Assembly: GCA_963664815.2 (NCBI GenBank) | Contig: CAXXHB010000002.1 | Span: 576,001 to 640,000, forward strand | Source: Spirochaetota bacterium | GTDB lineage: Bacteria; Spirochaetota; UBA4802; UBA5550 | Length of the DNA: 64,000 nucleotides | Direction: 5' to 3' | Part shown: positions 1-10,048 of the stretch, piece after piece | How positions within the stretch are numbered: the first letter of the stretch is position 1 | How the letters are laid out: every line of letters begins with the position of its first letter | Translations under genes and position numbers: made by a program | Notes under the pieces: model-generated | The model's database searches: none | What the model was told of the DNA's origin: nothing | Seen by the model: the letters and a program-made list of their open reading frames with translations, nothing else

Positions 1-2
1 CG

Positions 3-1307
3 CATTATTCGGGATCACTCGAAAAGATATTTGAACAGACTTCTCTGGCCGGAATCAGCTTTGATAAATTACTGGATGGGCTTGTGTCTGAAAAAGATCT
101 GAATTCATTCAAAGAGTATTCATTAATGCTTTTTGACAGTAAATTTTCTTTTCGTACTCTTGAGAAACTGAATCCGCTGAAAAAAATCGGGATATTTATA
201 GATGACAGAAAAGGAGGGTTTCTCTCCAAACATATTGAATGCAGTTTTTTAAGGATTACAGAAAATAATACAATATCAAGGGTTATGGCCATTGTCAGGG
301 ATGTTACCGCAGAGACAGAACTCACTTCAGAGATGGAGAAGGTTAAAGAAAGGAGTCAAAGAGAGATGCAGATGTTCTACCGTATATTACGGATAGAACC
401 TGCGATGTTTATCGAATTCCTTTCAAATCTTGAAGAGAACATTTCTAAAATCAACGAAATACTTGAGTTTGAAAAAGGGAGTCTTGTTGAAATGCTTAAT
501 GAAATGTATAGATATGTTCATTCAATTAAAGGAGATGCTAATCTGTTTGAGCTTGATTTTCTTGCACAGAAGGCCCATAATTTTGAAAGCCGGATTGAGG
601 AACTGCTTCAGAATACCAGTCTTGAGAATGCTGATTTTATTCCACTTGCGGTAATGGTTTCTGAACTTCACAGCACAGTAACACAGATGCAGCTTCTAAT
701 AGAGCAGATACTGTCGTTCCAGAAAGATTTTTCATCGCATAACAACAGTTCTGAAGAGCTGATAGTATTTTCAGTAAAAAATACAATAAACAGGCTGACA
801 GGAAAAACAGGAAAGATAATAACAATTGACTCGAGCGGGTTTGATATCCTGAACATACCTGTAAATCTACGGAAAAAAGTAAAAGAAATATTTATACAGC
901 TGGCACGGAATTCTGTTATACATGGCATTGAAACCCCGGAAGAGAGAATCGCGGCAGGAAAGAATCACACCGGTCAGATAAAACTTTCAGCAATAAAAAA
1001 AGATGATTGTGTTGTTATCTCATACAGTGATGACGGCAGAGGAATTGATTTTGAAAACCTTGGAAAGAGTGCAGCCGGGACTGGTCAAAGACCGGATAGT
1101 GAGGTATCTCCTGCTTCAAGAAAAAAGCTGATCGAACTTATGTTTCAGCCGGGTGTTTCAACTTCTGAAACTGCAGATCTAGATTCCGGACGGGGTATAG
1201 GAATGTTTCTGGTAAGAAGGACAATCGCCGAACTGAACGGACGGATAACGGTAAAGACAAGGAAGGGTGAATTCTGCGAATTTGAATTTGCAATTCCCTG
1301 CGCGTGA
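3..1307 (+). CDS. CheA-like histidine kinase fragment (Hpt + HATPase_c), 5' end outside window; no C-terminal CheW/P5 domain
   Basis: Frame is open from base 3 (HYSGSLEKIF...). Hpt motif YRYVHSIKGDA; N box QLARNSVIHGIE, G1 DDGRGI, F/G2 FQPGVST...SGRGIGM. Protein ends immediately after the ATPase domain. Confidence 0.8.
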   Translation, partial: HYSGSLEKIFEQTSLAGISFDKLLDGLVSEKDLNSFKEYSLMLFDSKFSFRTLEKLNPLKKIGIFIDDRKGGFLSKHIECSFLRITENNTISRVMAIVRDVTAETELTSEMEKVKERSQREMQMFYRILRIEPAMFIEFLSNLEENISKINEILEFEKGSLVEMLNEMYRYVHSIKGDANLFELDFLAQKAHNFESRIEELLQNTSLENADFIPLAVMVSELHSTVTQMQLLIEQILSFQKDFSSHNNSSEELIVFSVKNTINRLTGKTGKIITIDSSGFDILNIPVNLRKKVKEIFIQLARNSVIHGIETPEERIAAGKNHTGQIKLSAIKKDDCVVISYSDDGRGIDFENLGKSAAGTGQRPDSEVSPASRKKLIELMFQPGVSTSETADLDSGRGIGMFLVRRTIAELNGRITVKTRKGEFCEFEFAIPCA

Positions 1308-1314
1308 GGGTTGA

Positions 1315-2568
1315 ATGAATATAGATTATACCAAACACGAAGATGGTACTGAGCAATTTGATATTGATCCTGTGATCTCAGGCAGCGATAACTATCGGAC
1401 TCCGGGTGTTCTCAGGCTGTATAAACGCAAACGACCCCGGGGAAGAACTTTCAGCATATCAAATATTGCTTCCGGTTTTTTTTATGTGCACCGCGATGCT
1501 CTGATTGGGGATGTTGTTGAAGATATGAATACCCATGAAACACTCCTTGCAGTAGGGATGGTAGGTGATGAAGGTGAAGCCCTGGGGGTCATTACCAGAA
1601 GAGAACTTTTTAATCTTCTGGGCAAATCATTCGGAGAAGATGCTGCTAAGGATATGCCTGTATCAAGAATTGCTAAAACTACAGGCATTTACCATGAGGA
1701 CGCAAATACTCTCTCTGTTTCGGAACAGATTGCCGATGAGATGAAAAAACCGACACTCCGATTTTTTCTGATATCAGATTCTGACGGTAAGTTTGCTGGT
1801 ATTTTTTCAACCCGGGATATTATGATGCATCTTGCTGCAATTACCAGGCAGGATATTGATACAGCAGGAGCAATACAATCGCGTATCGTGCCTGAAAATA
1901 CATTTATAGTAAATGGAAGGGTAGAAGCGGCAGCATCAACACAGATGGCTTTGGGCGTAGGCGGCGATTTTTACTCGATAAGATCCTTCCCTGATGAGAA
2001 ATGGTTTTTCCTGACGGCAGATGTATCTGGTAAAGGTATGGGAGCATCACTTCTGACATCCATTGCCGGAGGGTTTATCCATATGTATAATTTTTCCGGC
2101 GGAATAAAGCAGCTTATAAAAAAACTTAACAGTTACATTTTTAACACATTTGATTCTGAAAAGTTCATTACATCGGTTTTCATGACACTTGACGGCAATA
2201 TCGGAGATTTATCAATTTGCGATATGGGACATTCAATGGTTTATCTTATGAGAAATAATAAAATGCACCATATCAAATCAGGACTGAATAATCTTCCACT
2301 TGGAATTGTTGAGGACATTGATCCTGCTTCTGTATTGCTTAAACTTAAACATGATGATATAATTCTGCTGGTAACGGATGGTGTTACAGAACAGCGGGAT
2401 ACAGATGAAAATGAATACAGTATTGACCGGTGTGGAGGCATAATTGCAGCGAACATAGAAGAATCGCTCGAGAAAATTATGAAACTGTTACGCGATGATA
2501 TAAACATTTTCAGGGGCGGGAAACAGCAGTATGATGATATAACATATATGCTGATAAGGTATAGATGA
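1315..2568 (+). CDS. CBS-domain PP2C/SpoIIE-family Ser/Thr phosphatase
   Basis: N-terminal CBS pair (GVITRRELF, GIFSTRDIM); PP2C motifs GGDFY, ADVSGKG, VTDGVTE, YDDITY. Confidence 0.85.
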   Translation: MNIDYTKHEDGTEQFDIDPVISGSDNYRTPGVLRLYKRKRPRGRTFSISNIASGFFYVHRDALIGDVVEDMNTHETLLAVGMVGDEGEALGVITRRELFNLLGKSFGEDAAKDMPVSRIAKTTGIYHEDANTLSVSEQIADEMKKPTLRFFLISDSDGKFAGIFSTRDIMMHLAAITRQDIDTAGAIQSRIVPENTFIVNGRVEAAASTQMALGVGGDFYSIRSFPDEKWFFLTADVSGKGMGASLLTSIAGGFIHMYNFSGGIKQLIKKLNSYIFNTFDSEKFITSVFMTLDGNIGDLSICDMGHSMVYLMRNNKMHHIKSGLNNLPLGIVEDIDPASVLLKLKHDDIILLVTDGVTEQRDTDENEYSIDRCGGIIAANIEESLEKIMKLLRDDINIFRGGKQQYDDITYMLIRYR

Positions 2569-2898
2569 TATAAGCAGGTATAATAATAACCTAAGGTAAA
2601 ACTTTAACAGAAAGTCAGTTTAAACAGAGTTATATTGAAATCATAAAGTCAGTACGGATATTAAATTTTTCTATTATAAAATTCATTATGGATCTTTAAC
2701 GCCAGGGAGTTGAGTATAAACTCTCTGGTATAAAATATTTACCTTTCTGGAAAGTCAATAATAAAGCTGTGAGACTCATGGTTTATTGTTAAAAATTGTA
2801 TCTATTTTGGATCAAATATATGAATAATTCTTTAACTTTTCCGGCAGGAATGCCGGTATGGAGATGCAATATATTTATATTAATTAAAGGATGAGACA

Positions 2899-3450
2899 AT
2901 GAAAACAGCCCTGTTAATTGTTGATGTTCAGAATGATTATTTCCCCGGGGGAAAAATGGAACTCCATGGAAGCATTGAAGCGGGTATGAAAATAAAAAAT
3001 ATACTGGAGTATTTTCGAAAAGAGAATATGCCGGTTTTTCATGTGCAGCATATCTCAATAAAACCGGGAGCTACATTTTTCCTTCCGGATTCACAAGGAG
3101 TGAAAATTCATGAAAATGTACAGCCGGAAGATGGGGAGAAAGTGGTAGTTAAACATTATCCTAACAGCTTTCGTGATACCACTCTTCACGAATTGTTAAA
3201 AAAGAATGAAGTCTCCAGGCTTGTAATTGCCGGAATGATGACACATATGTGCATTGACACCACCGTACGTGCGGCATTTGATCTTGGTTATGAATGCATA
3301 GTAGCAGGTGACGGCTGTGCCACAAGATCCCTCGGGTTTGATAATAATATAATTACAGCAGAAGATGTACAGCGTTCATTTCTGGCGGCTCTTAACGGTA
3401 CATTTGCGAAAGTTGTAAAAGCAGACCAGATCTATGATCTTCTTAAATAA
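2899..3450 (+). CDS. Isochorismatase-family cysteine hydrolase
   Basis: ALLIVDVQNDYF, VVKHYPNSF, GMMTHMCIDTT (Asp-Lys-Cys triad). Confidence 0.92.
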   Translation: MKTALLIVDVQNDYFPGGKMELHGSIEAGMKIKNILEYFRKENMPVFHVQHISIKPGATFFLPDSQGVKIHENVQPEDGEKVVVKHYPNSFRDTTLHELLKKNEVSRLVIAGMMTHMCIDTTVRAAFDLGYECIVAGDGCATRSLGFDNNIITAEDVQRSFLAALNGTFAKVVKADQIYDLLK

Positions 3451-3535
3451 TTTTTAAAACAGATAATTCATGTATTAAAAGCGTTAAAACTTTACAATGA
3501 TTGTTGTTCTAATAATTTGAAAGAGGGGGCAGCAG

Positions 3536-4282
3536 TTGAAAATCAGGATTTTAGGAAACGGAGGGGCAATAAATGACGGGTTGCCGTACAATTCATTTAT
3601 GGTTGATGATTTTTTTCTGGTAGAAGTCCCTCCCGATATTATGACATCGCTTTTCAGGGAAAAAGTTAAACTATCCGGATTGAAAGCAATCTACATTTCA
3701 CATTTCCATGGCGATCATTGCTTCGGTCTGCCGTTTCTTCTGTTGAGAATATTTTTTAATTCAGAGGGAAGAAATTACGATTACAAAATAAAGATAATCG
3801 GACCGGAGAATGTTAAACAAAGAACAAAGGAGCTATGTATTCTGGCTTTGGGAAGGACTCACCCTGTAAATAACTGGATAGAAGATAACTTTATTTTTAT
3901 AGATCTATCTGCCGGAAGCAGAATTGATGCCGGTAACGGAATTTCTCTTGAAATTTTTTTCATGGATCACTTAGTGGAGACATACGGTTTTTCTGCATAC
4001 CGGAATGATCGTATAACCTTTTCATATTTTGCTGATACACTGTGGAGTGATGAACTTCTTTCTCAGATAAAATTATTTCCTGAAATAATTATAACAGACC
4101 TGAATGGGGAGCAATCAGACCCTGAAAAAATTCATATGTCGGAAAAGGATCTGTTTGAAAATGCCATACCTTATGGAGAAGGGAAAATCGTTTTTTACGG
4201 AACACATCTGAAAACACAAAAAGAATCTTCCCATGAAAAAATAAAGTACGTGCATCCCGGAGAGAGTATATTATTGAAGTGA
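3536..4282 (+). CDS. MBL-fold metallo-hydrolase (RNase Z-like)
   Basis: ILGNGGA start, SHFHGDH metal motif, later H, ADT, H motifs; TTG start preceded by GAGGGGG. Confidence 0.8.
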   Translation: MKIRILGNGGAINDGLPYNSFMVDDFFLVEVPPDIMTSLFREKVKLSGLKAIYISHFHGDHCFGLPFLLLRIFFNSEGRNYDYKIKIIGPENVKQRTKELCILALGRTHPVNNWIEDNFIFIDLSAGSRIDAGNGISLEIFFMDHLVETYGFSAYRNDRITFSYFADTLWSDELLSQIKLFPEIIITDLNGEQSDPEKIHMSEKDLFENAIPYGEGKIVFYGTHLKTQKESSHEKIKYVHPGESILLK

Positions 4283-4297
4283 TTTACGTGAAATTTT

Positions 4298-4978
4298 TCA
4301 TTTCAGCGGTTTGATTACTGTTCCCTGATCTTTGATTTTATTATAAAGTTGTCTGGCTGTGATTATAAATGTAGGGGAGACATCGAGACCGGCCTTTTGA
4401 AGAGCCTTTGCCACCCATGTATTGCATGTATTAAAAAGATGATACCTGTAAACTGACTTGAAAAAAATTATCTCTCCGGAATGCCTGCTGGAAGTAATTA
4501 CGGATTCATCATCAGATCCCTTTATAAAACTTTTACCTATAAAATCAAGGAGTTTCATATACTGTTCGGTGGTAAGTGAAAGTCTCACTGTAAAATCACT
4601 CCATAAAATAAAATTTTCCATTGCCGCGCTGCATCCCTCAATGCGTATTACACTTGTATTGGGAAGAAGAATAGCTCTTGCTCCCATACATATATTATTA
4701 TTGGGATCCTGGTAGAATTTTTCTTCCCCCCAGCCGATATCTATAAAGTTGTAATCCCTGAAATATTTTAGAGACGATATAACATGTATAGATTCGTTTT
4801 CCACGGGGATTATGATTCCTGTATGCATGTAATTATTAACTATGTAAATGGAATGTATATCGGATTGTGAATTCGGGTTTATTAAACTCTCTGTATTCTC
4901 CCTGCCTGTACAGCAGAAAGATACGGACAGGATTAAGTTTAAAAAGATAATCAGCAGTCTGCATTTCGATGGAATCAT
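4298..4978 (-). CDS. DUF2459/TIGR02117-like exported protein
   Basis: HTGIIIP, IGWGEEKFY, YHLFNTCNTWVAKAL motifs; N-terminal signal with Cys. Confidence 0.75.
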   Translation of the reverse strand: MIPSKCRLLIIFLNLILSVSFCCTGRENTESLINPNSQSDIHSIYIVNNYMHTGIIIPVENESIHVISSLKYFRDYNFIDIGWGEEKFYQDPNNNICMGARAILLPNTSVIRIEGCSAAMENFILWSDFTVRLSLTTEQYMKLLDFIGKSFIKGSDDESVITSSRHSGEIIFFKSVYRYHLFNTCNTWVAKALQKAGLDVSPTFIITARQLYNKIKDQGTVIKPLK

Positions 4979-5022
4979 TTCAAAAACCTCATCCGGTTTA
5001 TATCGAAGATAAATTTTAATAA

Positions 5023-5622
5023 TCAGAAAAAATATGATTTAATGCCGCTCATCATCATCTCCAGTGCAATAAAAGAAACAAGGACTGCCATTATCTTTTC
5101 CAGTCCCTTTGAAAATTCGCTGCCAAGAAGTTTTTCAATATATGAAGAAGCTGAAAGCAGCAGAGAACCTATGATTACCGCTATAAAAACTGATAGAATT
5201 AAATATAATCTGTCCCATCCATGAAGACCAAGATATGAAATCATACCGAATGTCATACATCCCGGTCCGGCCAGCATCGGTATAGCCAGGGGAGAGACAA
5301 CAATACTTCCCGGATTTAAAGGTTCATTCTTTTCATCGCCGGAATGATTTGTCAGTATCATCTGGAAGGCGATATAAAGAAGAAGAATTCCACCCCCTGC
5401 TTTAACCGCCTCTATCGAGATATAGAAATAATTCATTATCTGCCTTCCGAGTATTGAAAATATCAGTACAATTGCGCCGGCTATGGCTGACGATGTAAAA
5501 GCAATTTTAACCCTTTCTTTAGTTGAAAATTTATTTGTAAGGGAGATGAATAGAGGTATTGTCCCGATGAAGTCCATCAGTATGAACATAGGAATGAATA
5601 AAGATAAAAATTTTGCCGTCAT
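5023..5622 (-). CDS. MarC-family membrane protein
   Basis: About 6 TM helices; GGILLLYIAFQMI and PLAIPMLAGPG signature. Confidence 0.9.
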   Translation of the reverse strand: MTAKFLSLFIPMFILMDFIGTIPLFISLTNKFSTKERVKIAFTSSAIAGAIVLIFSILGRQIMNYFYISIEAVKAGGGILLLYIAFQMILTNHSGDEKNEPLNPGSIVVSPLAIPMLAGPGCMTFGMISYLGLHGWDRLYLILSVFIAVIIGSLLLSASSYIEKLLGSEFSKGLEKIMAVLVSFIALEMMMSGIKSYFF

Positions 5623-5751
5623 TGAATACGCTCCACTGTTTAAGGATAGTATGACTTAATATAATGTGAACCGTATTTTAAAGTTTTTTTTAAAATAATT
5701 GCAGTTTGAAAATAATAAACAATAGAATTTTGTAAATTTTGGATTCAATGC

Positions 5752-5780
5752 TTGATATATCGCTGTTTGTATATTATAGT
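5752..5780 (+). promoter_or_regulatory. Putative sigma70 promoter for the PilZ gene
   Basis: TTGATA (5752-5757), 17 nt, TATAGT (5775-5780). Confidence 0.45.
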
Positions 5781-5819
5781 GTTTATAAGTTGAAGTCTGT
5801 GTGCAGGAGATGAAATATT

Positions 5820-6173
5820 ATGAAAGAAAGAAACAAATCCAGGGTAGTATTTCACGTTAACGCTTCGATTGAGTATGACGGAAATATTGTAAATGGAGAT
5901 GTTGAAAATCTAAGCACAAACGGGATGTTTATGAATACGAAAGAGAACATACCGGTAGAGAAGGAAGTGGAGGTCTCCATATATCTTTCAGGGACAACAT
6001 CTGAATTGAGCCTTAATATTAAAGGTATAGTTGTCAGGAAGGATGCAAAGGGCGTTGCTGTTAACTTTAAAGAGATAGAATTTGATTCTTTCATTCATCT
6101 CAGGAATATTATTGAATTCAATACAGCAGGAAACAGTGAAGTGATGAAAGAGTTTACACAGGAAAGGAAATGA
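5820..6173 (+). CDS. Stand-alone PilZ-domain (c-di-GMP receptor) protein
   Basis: RxxxR (ERNKSR) and D/NxSxxG (NLSTNG) motifs; AGGAG RBS. Confidence 0.88.
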   Translation: MKERNKSRVVFHVNASIEYDGNIVNGDVENLSTNGMFMNTKENIPVEKEVEVSIYLSGTTSELSLNIKGIVVRKDAKGVAVNFKEIEFDSFIHLRNIIEFNTAGNSEVMKEFTQERK

Positions 6174-6202
6174 ACTTTATTTATAAGTTATACAATTTTT
6201 TT

Positions 6203-6235
6203 AAAAAAAGCCAGAGATTTTCTCTCTGATTTTTT
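6203..6235 (+). terminator. Weak intrinsic terminator after the PilZ gene
   Basis: CAGAGA/TCTCTG stem flanked by A7 and T6 runs. Confidence 0.4.
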
Positions 6236-6350
6236 ATGGCTAAATTTGTTTTAATACAATAATTACATATGAATTCAATGTAAAAATTACTTGAAAGTCG
6301 AAGAATTTCTGCAAATGATTTCACAGATATCAAATCTGGTAAAAAAATAG

Positions 6351-6513
6351 TATAGACAGTTCTTATATAAAAACTGTTCTTTCCTATCTGTTATTAACCG
6401 GCTGAAACATATAGACGATTTATAGACCCTTTACTGACAGTATATTAACAGTAGTTTACTTATGTCTGAAAGGGTGAGCATACTGTCTGAATACTGTCTA
6501 TAGACTGTCAATA
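6351..6513. repeat. Inverted array of degenerate 11-bp repeats (consensus about TACTGTCTATA)
   Basis: Minus-orientation copies at 6351, 6410, 6421, 6432, 6443; plus-orientation copies at 6481, 6492, 6503; 11-bp period within each arm. Confidence 0.7.
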
Positions 6514-6694
6514 AAATACAGCAAAATAGTAATTTATACATTATTGTATAGTGGAATTAACTGTTACAGCTTAAGATATTTTGAAACAATTATTAAAGAA
6601 GGAATTTTTAAGCTGATAACGCAGTATCAGCAGTAAAAGTAATTGAATTTAATTGAACTGAAGTAAAAAGTAACAAATTATCTACGTTATCTGA

Positions 6695-7738
6695 ATGAAT
6701 ACAATTATCAATAAATACTCAGCAGTTATATTGGCTTTCATCTCGGCTATGTTGTTTGGAATTAATACTCCTGTTAATAAATATTTACTGAAGGATTTTA
6801 ATCCATTTTTTCTCGCAGGGCTTCTGTATCTTGGTGCATCAATCAGTTTGTTTCCGGTTTTGCTGGTCAGGGGGGAGCTGTCGCTGCTTTTAAAACTGAA
6901 CCGTAGTAATAAAGTAAAGCTCTCAGGTTCGGTTATAACAGGGGGGATACTCGGTCCGATTCTTATACTGTCTGGCCTCAGAATAGCTCCGGCGTCTTCT
7001 GTTTCCCTTTGGCTTAATCTTGAACTGGCTGCAACCACTATTCTCGGATATTTTTTCTTCAAAGATTTTCTTGGAATCAAAGGGTGGGTAGGAGTAGTTA
7101 TAGCTCTCCTTTCCGGGCTGATGCTGACTGTAAATGAAGGACGTGCGGGTATTGTTCCTGCGGTATTAGTATGTTTTGCGTGTATATGCTGGGGTTTTGA
7201 TAATCATTTCACGGCGCTTATTGACGGTATTTCTGCAGTTCAGAGTACTTTCATCAAGGGAATTTTTGCGGGGACAATTAATACAACTGCAGGTTATTAC
7301 TTTTCCAGACAGCCGATATCGTTTGAATTTTTAATCTATGCACTTCTACTGGGTGGTATTTCATACGGGATTAGTATTGTTCTTTATATAATTTCAGCCC
7401 AGAAACTCGGGGCAATACGAAGTCAGATAATATTTTCAAGCGCGCCGTTTTTCGGAGTTTTCTTTTCGGTGCTTTTTTTATCTGAAAGTATAAGTTATCT
7501 TCAGGCATCATCTTTCTTTTTATTTCTCTGCTCAATTTATCTTTTTATATCTGAGAAACACGAACATTATCACCATCACCATGAGGTTGAACATACCCAC
7601 TTCCATAGACATGATGATATGCATCATGATCATACACATGAGAAAGAAATTCCGTATCATGAGCACATTCATCATCATGAGAAAAATGAACACACACATC
7701 AGCATCTTCCCGATATGCATCACAGGCATAAACATTAA
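6695..7738 (+). CDS. DMT/EamA-family transporter with His-rich C-terminal tail
   Basis: About 10 TM helices in two EamA repeats; the last ~60 aa are HxH-rich (EKHEHYHHHHEVEHTHFH...PDMHHRHKH). Confidence 0.88.
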   Translation: MNTIINKYSAVILAFISAMLFGINTPVNKYLLKDFNPFFLAGLLYLGASISLFPVLLVRGELSLLLKLNRSNKVKLSGSVITGGILGPILILSGLRIAPASSVSLWLNLELAATTILGYFFFKDFLGIKGWVGVVIALLSGLMLTVNEGRAGIVPAVLVCFACICWGFDNHFTALIDGISAVQSTFIKGIFAGTINTTAGYYFSRQPISFEFLIYALLLGGISYGISIVLYIISAQKLGAIRSQIIFSSAPFFGVFFSVLFLSESISYLQASSFFLFLCSIYLFISEKHEHYHHHHEVEHTHFHRHDDMHHDHTHEKEIPYHEHIHHHEKNEHTHQHLPDMHHRHKH

Positions 7739-7789
7739 GAGGTCAGCTGGGTTTAAGAGACTTATACTCTTTATAATCTGAAACAGGAA

Positions 7790-9136
7790 ATGAAAATAAC
7801 CATTATAAATCCACCAATAGAAGATTTCTATATCACCGGAATCAGGCGTCAACCGCTGGGACTTCTTTATATTGCAGCAACACTGAAGGCTGCAGGTTAC
7901 AATCCGTCACTTCTGAACTGTCATAGCGGTAAAAAAAGCATAATGGAAATTCCTGTTGAGTTCAGTTATCTTAAACGCTATATAAACAATCCTGACCCGG
8001 AACTTTGTTTCCCGTATAGAAATTATACACACTACGGGATGAGCTGGCAGGAGATTGATTTGCGGATAAAAAATTCGTCGGCGGATATATACTTCATCTC
8101 TTCTTTATTCACAACTTATTATGCGGAGGCAGAGAGAATTATTGATATTATAAGGAAATATTCGAAGAGTGCCTATATTGTGGTGGGAGGGTATCATGCT
8201 TCGCTTTATCCCGAATACTATATTAATGAGACAGGTGCCGATTTTGTAATACAGGGAGAAGGTGAGCTCTCTTCTCTTGAACTTGTTCGAGCGATAGAGA
8301 AAGGAGCATCATTTCAGAATATTCCCGGACTTGTCTATAGTGAAAATAGCGGAATTAAAAAAAATTCTGTAATCTCAAAGCCGGATGTAAATCTCCTTCC
8401 AAATCCTGCAAGGGAATATCTTCTTGTCAGGGATTTTAAGGCTTACAGAAAAATTTTTATCCCGGTTATAACATCAAGAGGGTGTCCAAATAATTGTACA
8501 TTCTGCACCGGGAAAATTATATGGGGTAGCGGACGCAGGGAACGCAAAGCGGAAGATGTGATGTGTGAGATAACAGAATGTATCGAAAAGTATAATGCGC
8601 AGATAATAAATTTTGAAGATGATAATCTTTTTCCCTCAAAAAAAAGGGCATACGAATTACTGGAACAACTTATTAATATAAGAGAAAAGAAAAGTCTGAC
8701 GTTCGAATTAACAGCGATGAATGGAATCTCGATTGAAAAAATTGATGATGATATTATTAATCTTATGAAAAGAGCCGGATTCAGTGAACTGAATATATCC
8801 CTTGTAACACATTCGGAGAATCTGCAGACGAACGAGAAAAGACCATTCAATTCTGAAAAATTTAAGATGATCGCCGTATCGGCGAAGCGGAACCGGATGA
8901 ATGTCCGGGGATATTTTATTCTGGGGCTGCCGGGTCAGAGCCGCGAAGAGATAAGTGATACAATTTCTTTTCTTAAAAGTATCGATGTAAAAATCTTCCC
9001 TTCAGTATATTACAATGTTTATTCCCCAGAGAGCGAATGGAAAATGCAAAGATCTTCAGCCTTTTATAATGAAAATATGTTACTGAATCGTGATGATCTT
9101 TTTAGAAGTTTTAACAGTTGTTTCACGGCATTCTGA
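7790..9136 (+). CDS. B12-binding-domain radical SAM protein
   Basis: QPLGLLYIA, VVGGYHAS, GEGE, TSRGCPNNCTFC (CxxxCxxC), FEDDN, YFILGLPG. Confidence 0.88.
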   Translation: MKITIINPPIEDFYITGIRRQPLGLLYIAATLKAAGYNPSLLNCHSGKKSIMEIPVEFSYLKRYINNPDPELCFPYRNYTHYGMSWQEIDLRIKNSSADIYFISSLFTTYYAEAERIIDIIRKYSKSAYIVVGGYHASLYPEYYINETGADFVIQGEGELSSLELVRAIEKGASFQNIPGLVYSENSGIKKNSVISKPDVNLLPNPAREYLLVRDFKAYRKIFIPVITSRGCPNNCTFCTGKIIWGSGRRERKAEDVMCEITECIEKYNAQIINFEDDNLFPSKKRAYELLEQLINIREKKSLTFELTAMNGISIEKIDDDIINLMKRAGFSELNISLVTHSENLQTNEKRPFNSEKFKMIAVSAKRNRMNVRGYFILGLPGQSREEISDTISFLKSIDVKIFPSVYYNVYSPESEWKMQRSSAFYNENMLLNRDDLFRSFNSCFTAF

Positions 9137-9259
9137 ATAACAGATTGAAAAAGAGTATCAGTTATTTTATACATTCAATATGCCGGTAATAAAATTCAGT
9201 TGCTTTTTTATAATGTTTTTCTTAGATTAAAAAGATATTTTCAGGATAAAGGATATTAA

Positions 9260-10048
9260 ATGATTCATCTGAAAAAAGAAAAATCCCGGTTAAAAAAGAA
9301 ATTAACCCTCTATTTTTTACTCATTGCAGTTGTTTCAATTTCAGTTAGTGTTGAAATGATTTTCGAGTTCAGTTCGGCTAAATTCCGGAATGACATAAGG
9401 TCTCAGCTCATTAAAGAAGTACAGCAGGGAGTACCGGGTGAATATGTAGTAAAACTTAATATTGAAAAATTAAACACAGCAATTAATAACCCGATAAATG
9501 ACTTAAGGAACAGAATGATTCTTCTTCTCCTTGTAATATGCGGAAGTATAGTTGGCGCTTTTATTATGTTCGCGAAGGATATTGTTTCACCAATGGACAG
9601 TATAGTTGATGCTACAAAAAAAATTGCCGATGGCGACCTCACTGTAACTGTTCCGGTTATATCTGATGATGAAATAGGACAGATAGCCACTCTTATAAAT
9701 GACATGAATATAAATCTTCAGGATATGATTATGCAGATAAGGCAGGAGATATCGAGGCATAAAAATAAAATTCTGGAAGCCGGAATAATAATTACCTCAC
9801 TAACTGATAAAAACAGCGAGGAGATTTTAAAGAACAGGAAAATGAAAGTTTCGGATTATAAAAAAATGATGGGATTAAGTAATGATGTAGTGAAACTCCT
9901 TGATACAATGCTGATTGATCTTGGAGCTCTGGAAAATTTTGTTAAAATGTATAAGACTTACTCAATACATACAGAGATTAATCAGAAAGAGCTCGATAAG
10001 GTGTTAGATCAATATAATGTCAGGTTAGGTTCTGAGGAAGAGGAATAA
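9260..10048 (+). CDS. Two-TM HAMP-domain protein without a recognisable output domain
   Basis: Two hydrophobic segments, HAMP (IVSPMDSIVDATKKIADGDL...DEIGQIATLINDM), then a coiled-coil tail. Confidence 0.75.
   Translation: MIHLKKEKSRLKKKLTLYFLLIAVVSISVSVEMIFEFSSAKFRNDIRSQLIKEVQQGVPGEYVVKLNIEKLNTAINNPINDLRNRMILLLLVICGSIVGAFIMFAKDIVSPMDSIVDATKKIADGDLTVTVPVISDDEIGQIATLINDMNINLQDMIMQIRQEISRHKNKILEAGIIITSLTDKNSEEILKNRKMKVSDYKKMMGLSNDVVKLLDTMLIDLGALENFVKMYKTYSIHTEINQKELDKVLDQYNVRLGSEEEE

Noticed and set aside
7532-7852. Met/Ile-rich ORFs in other frames over the His-rich tail
   Set aside because: Shadows of CAT/CAC codon repeats in the DMT gene
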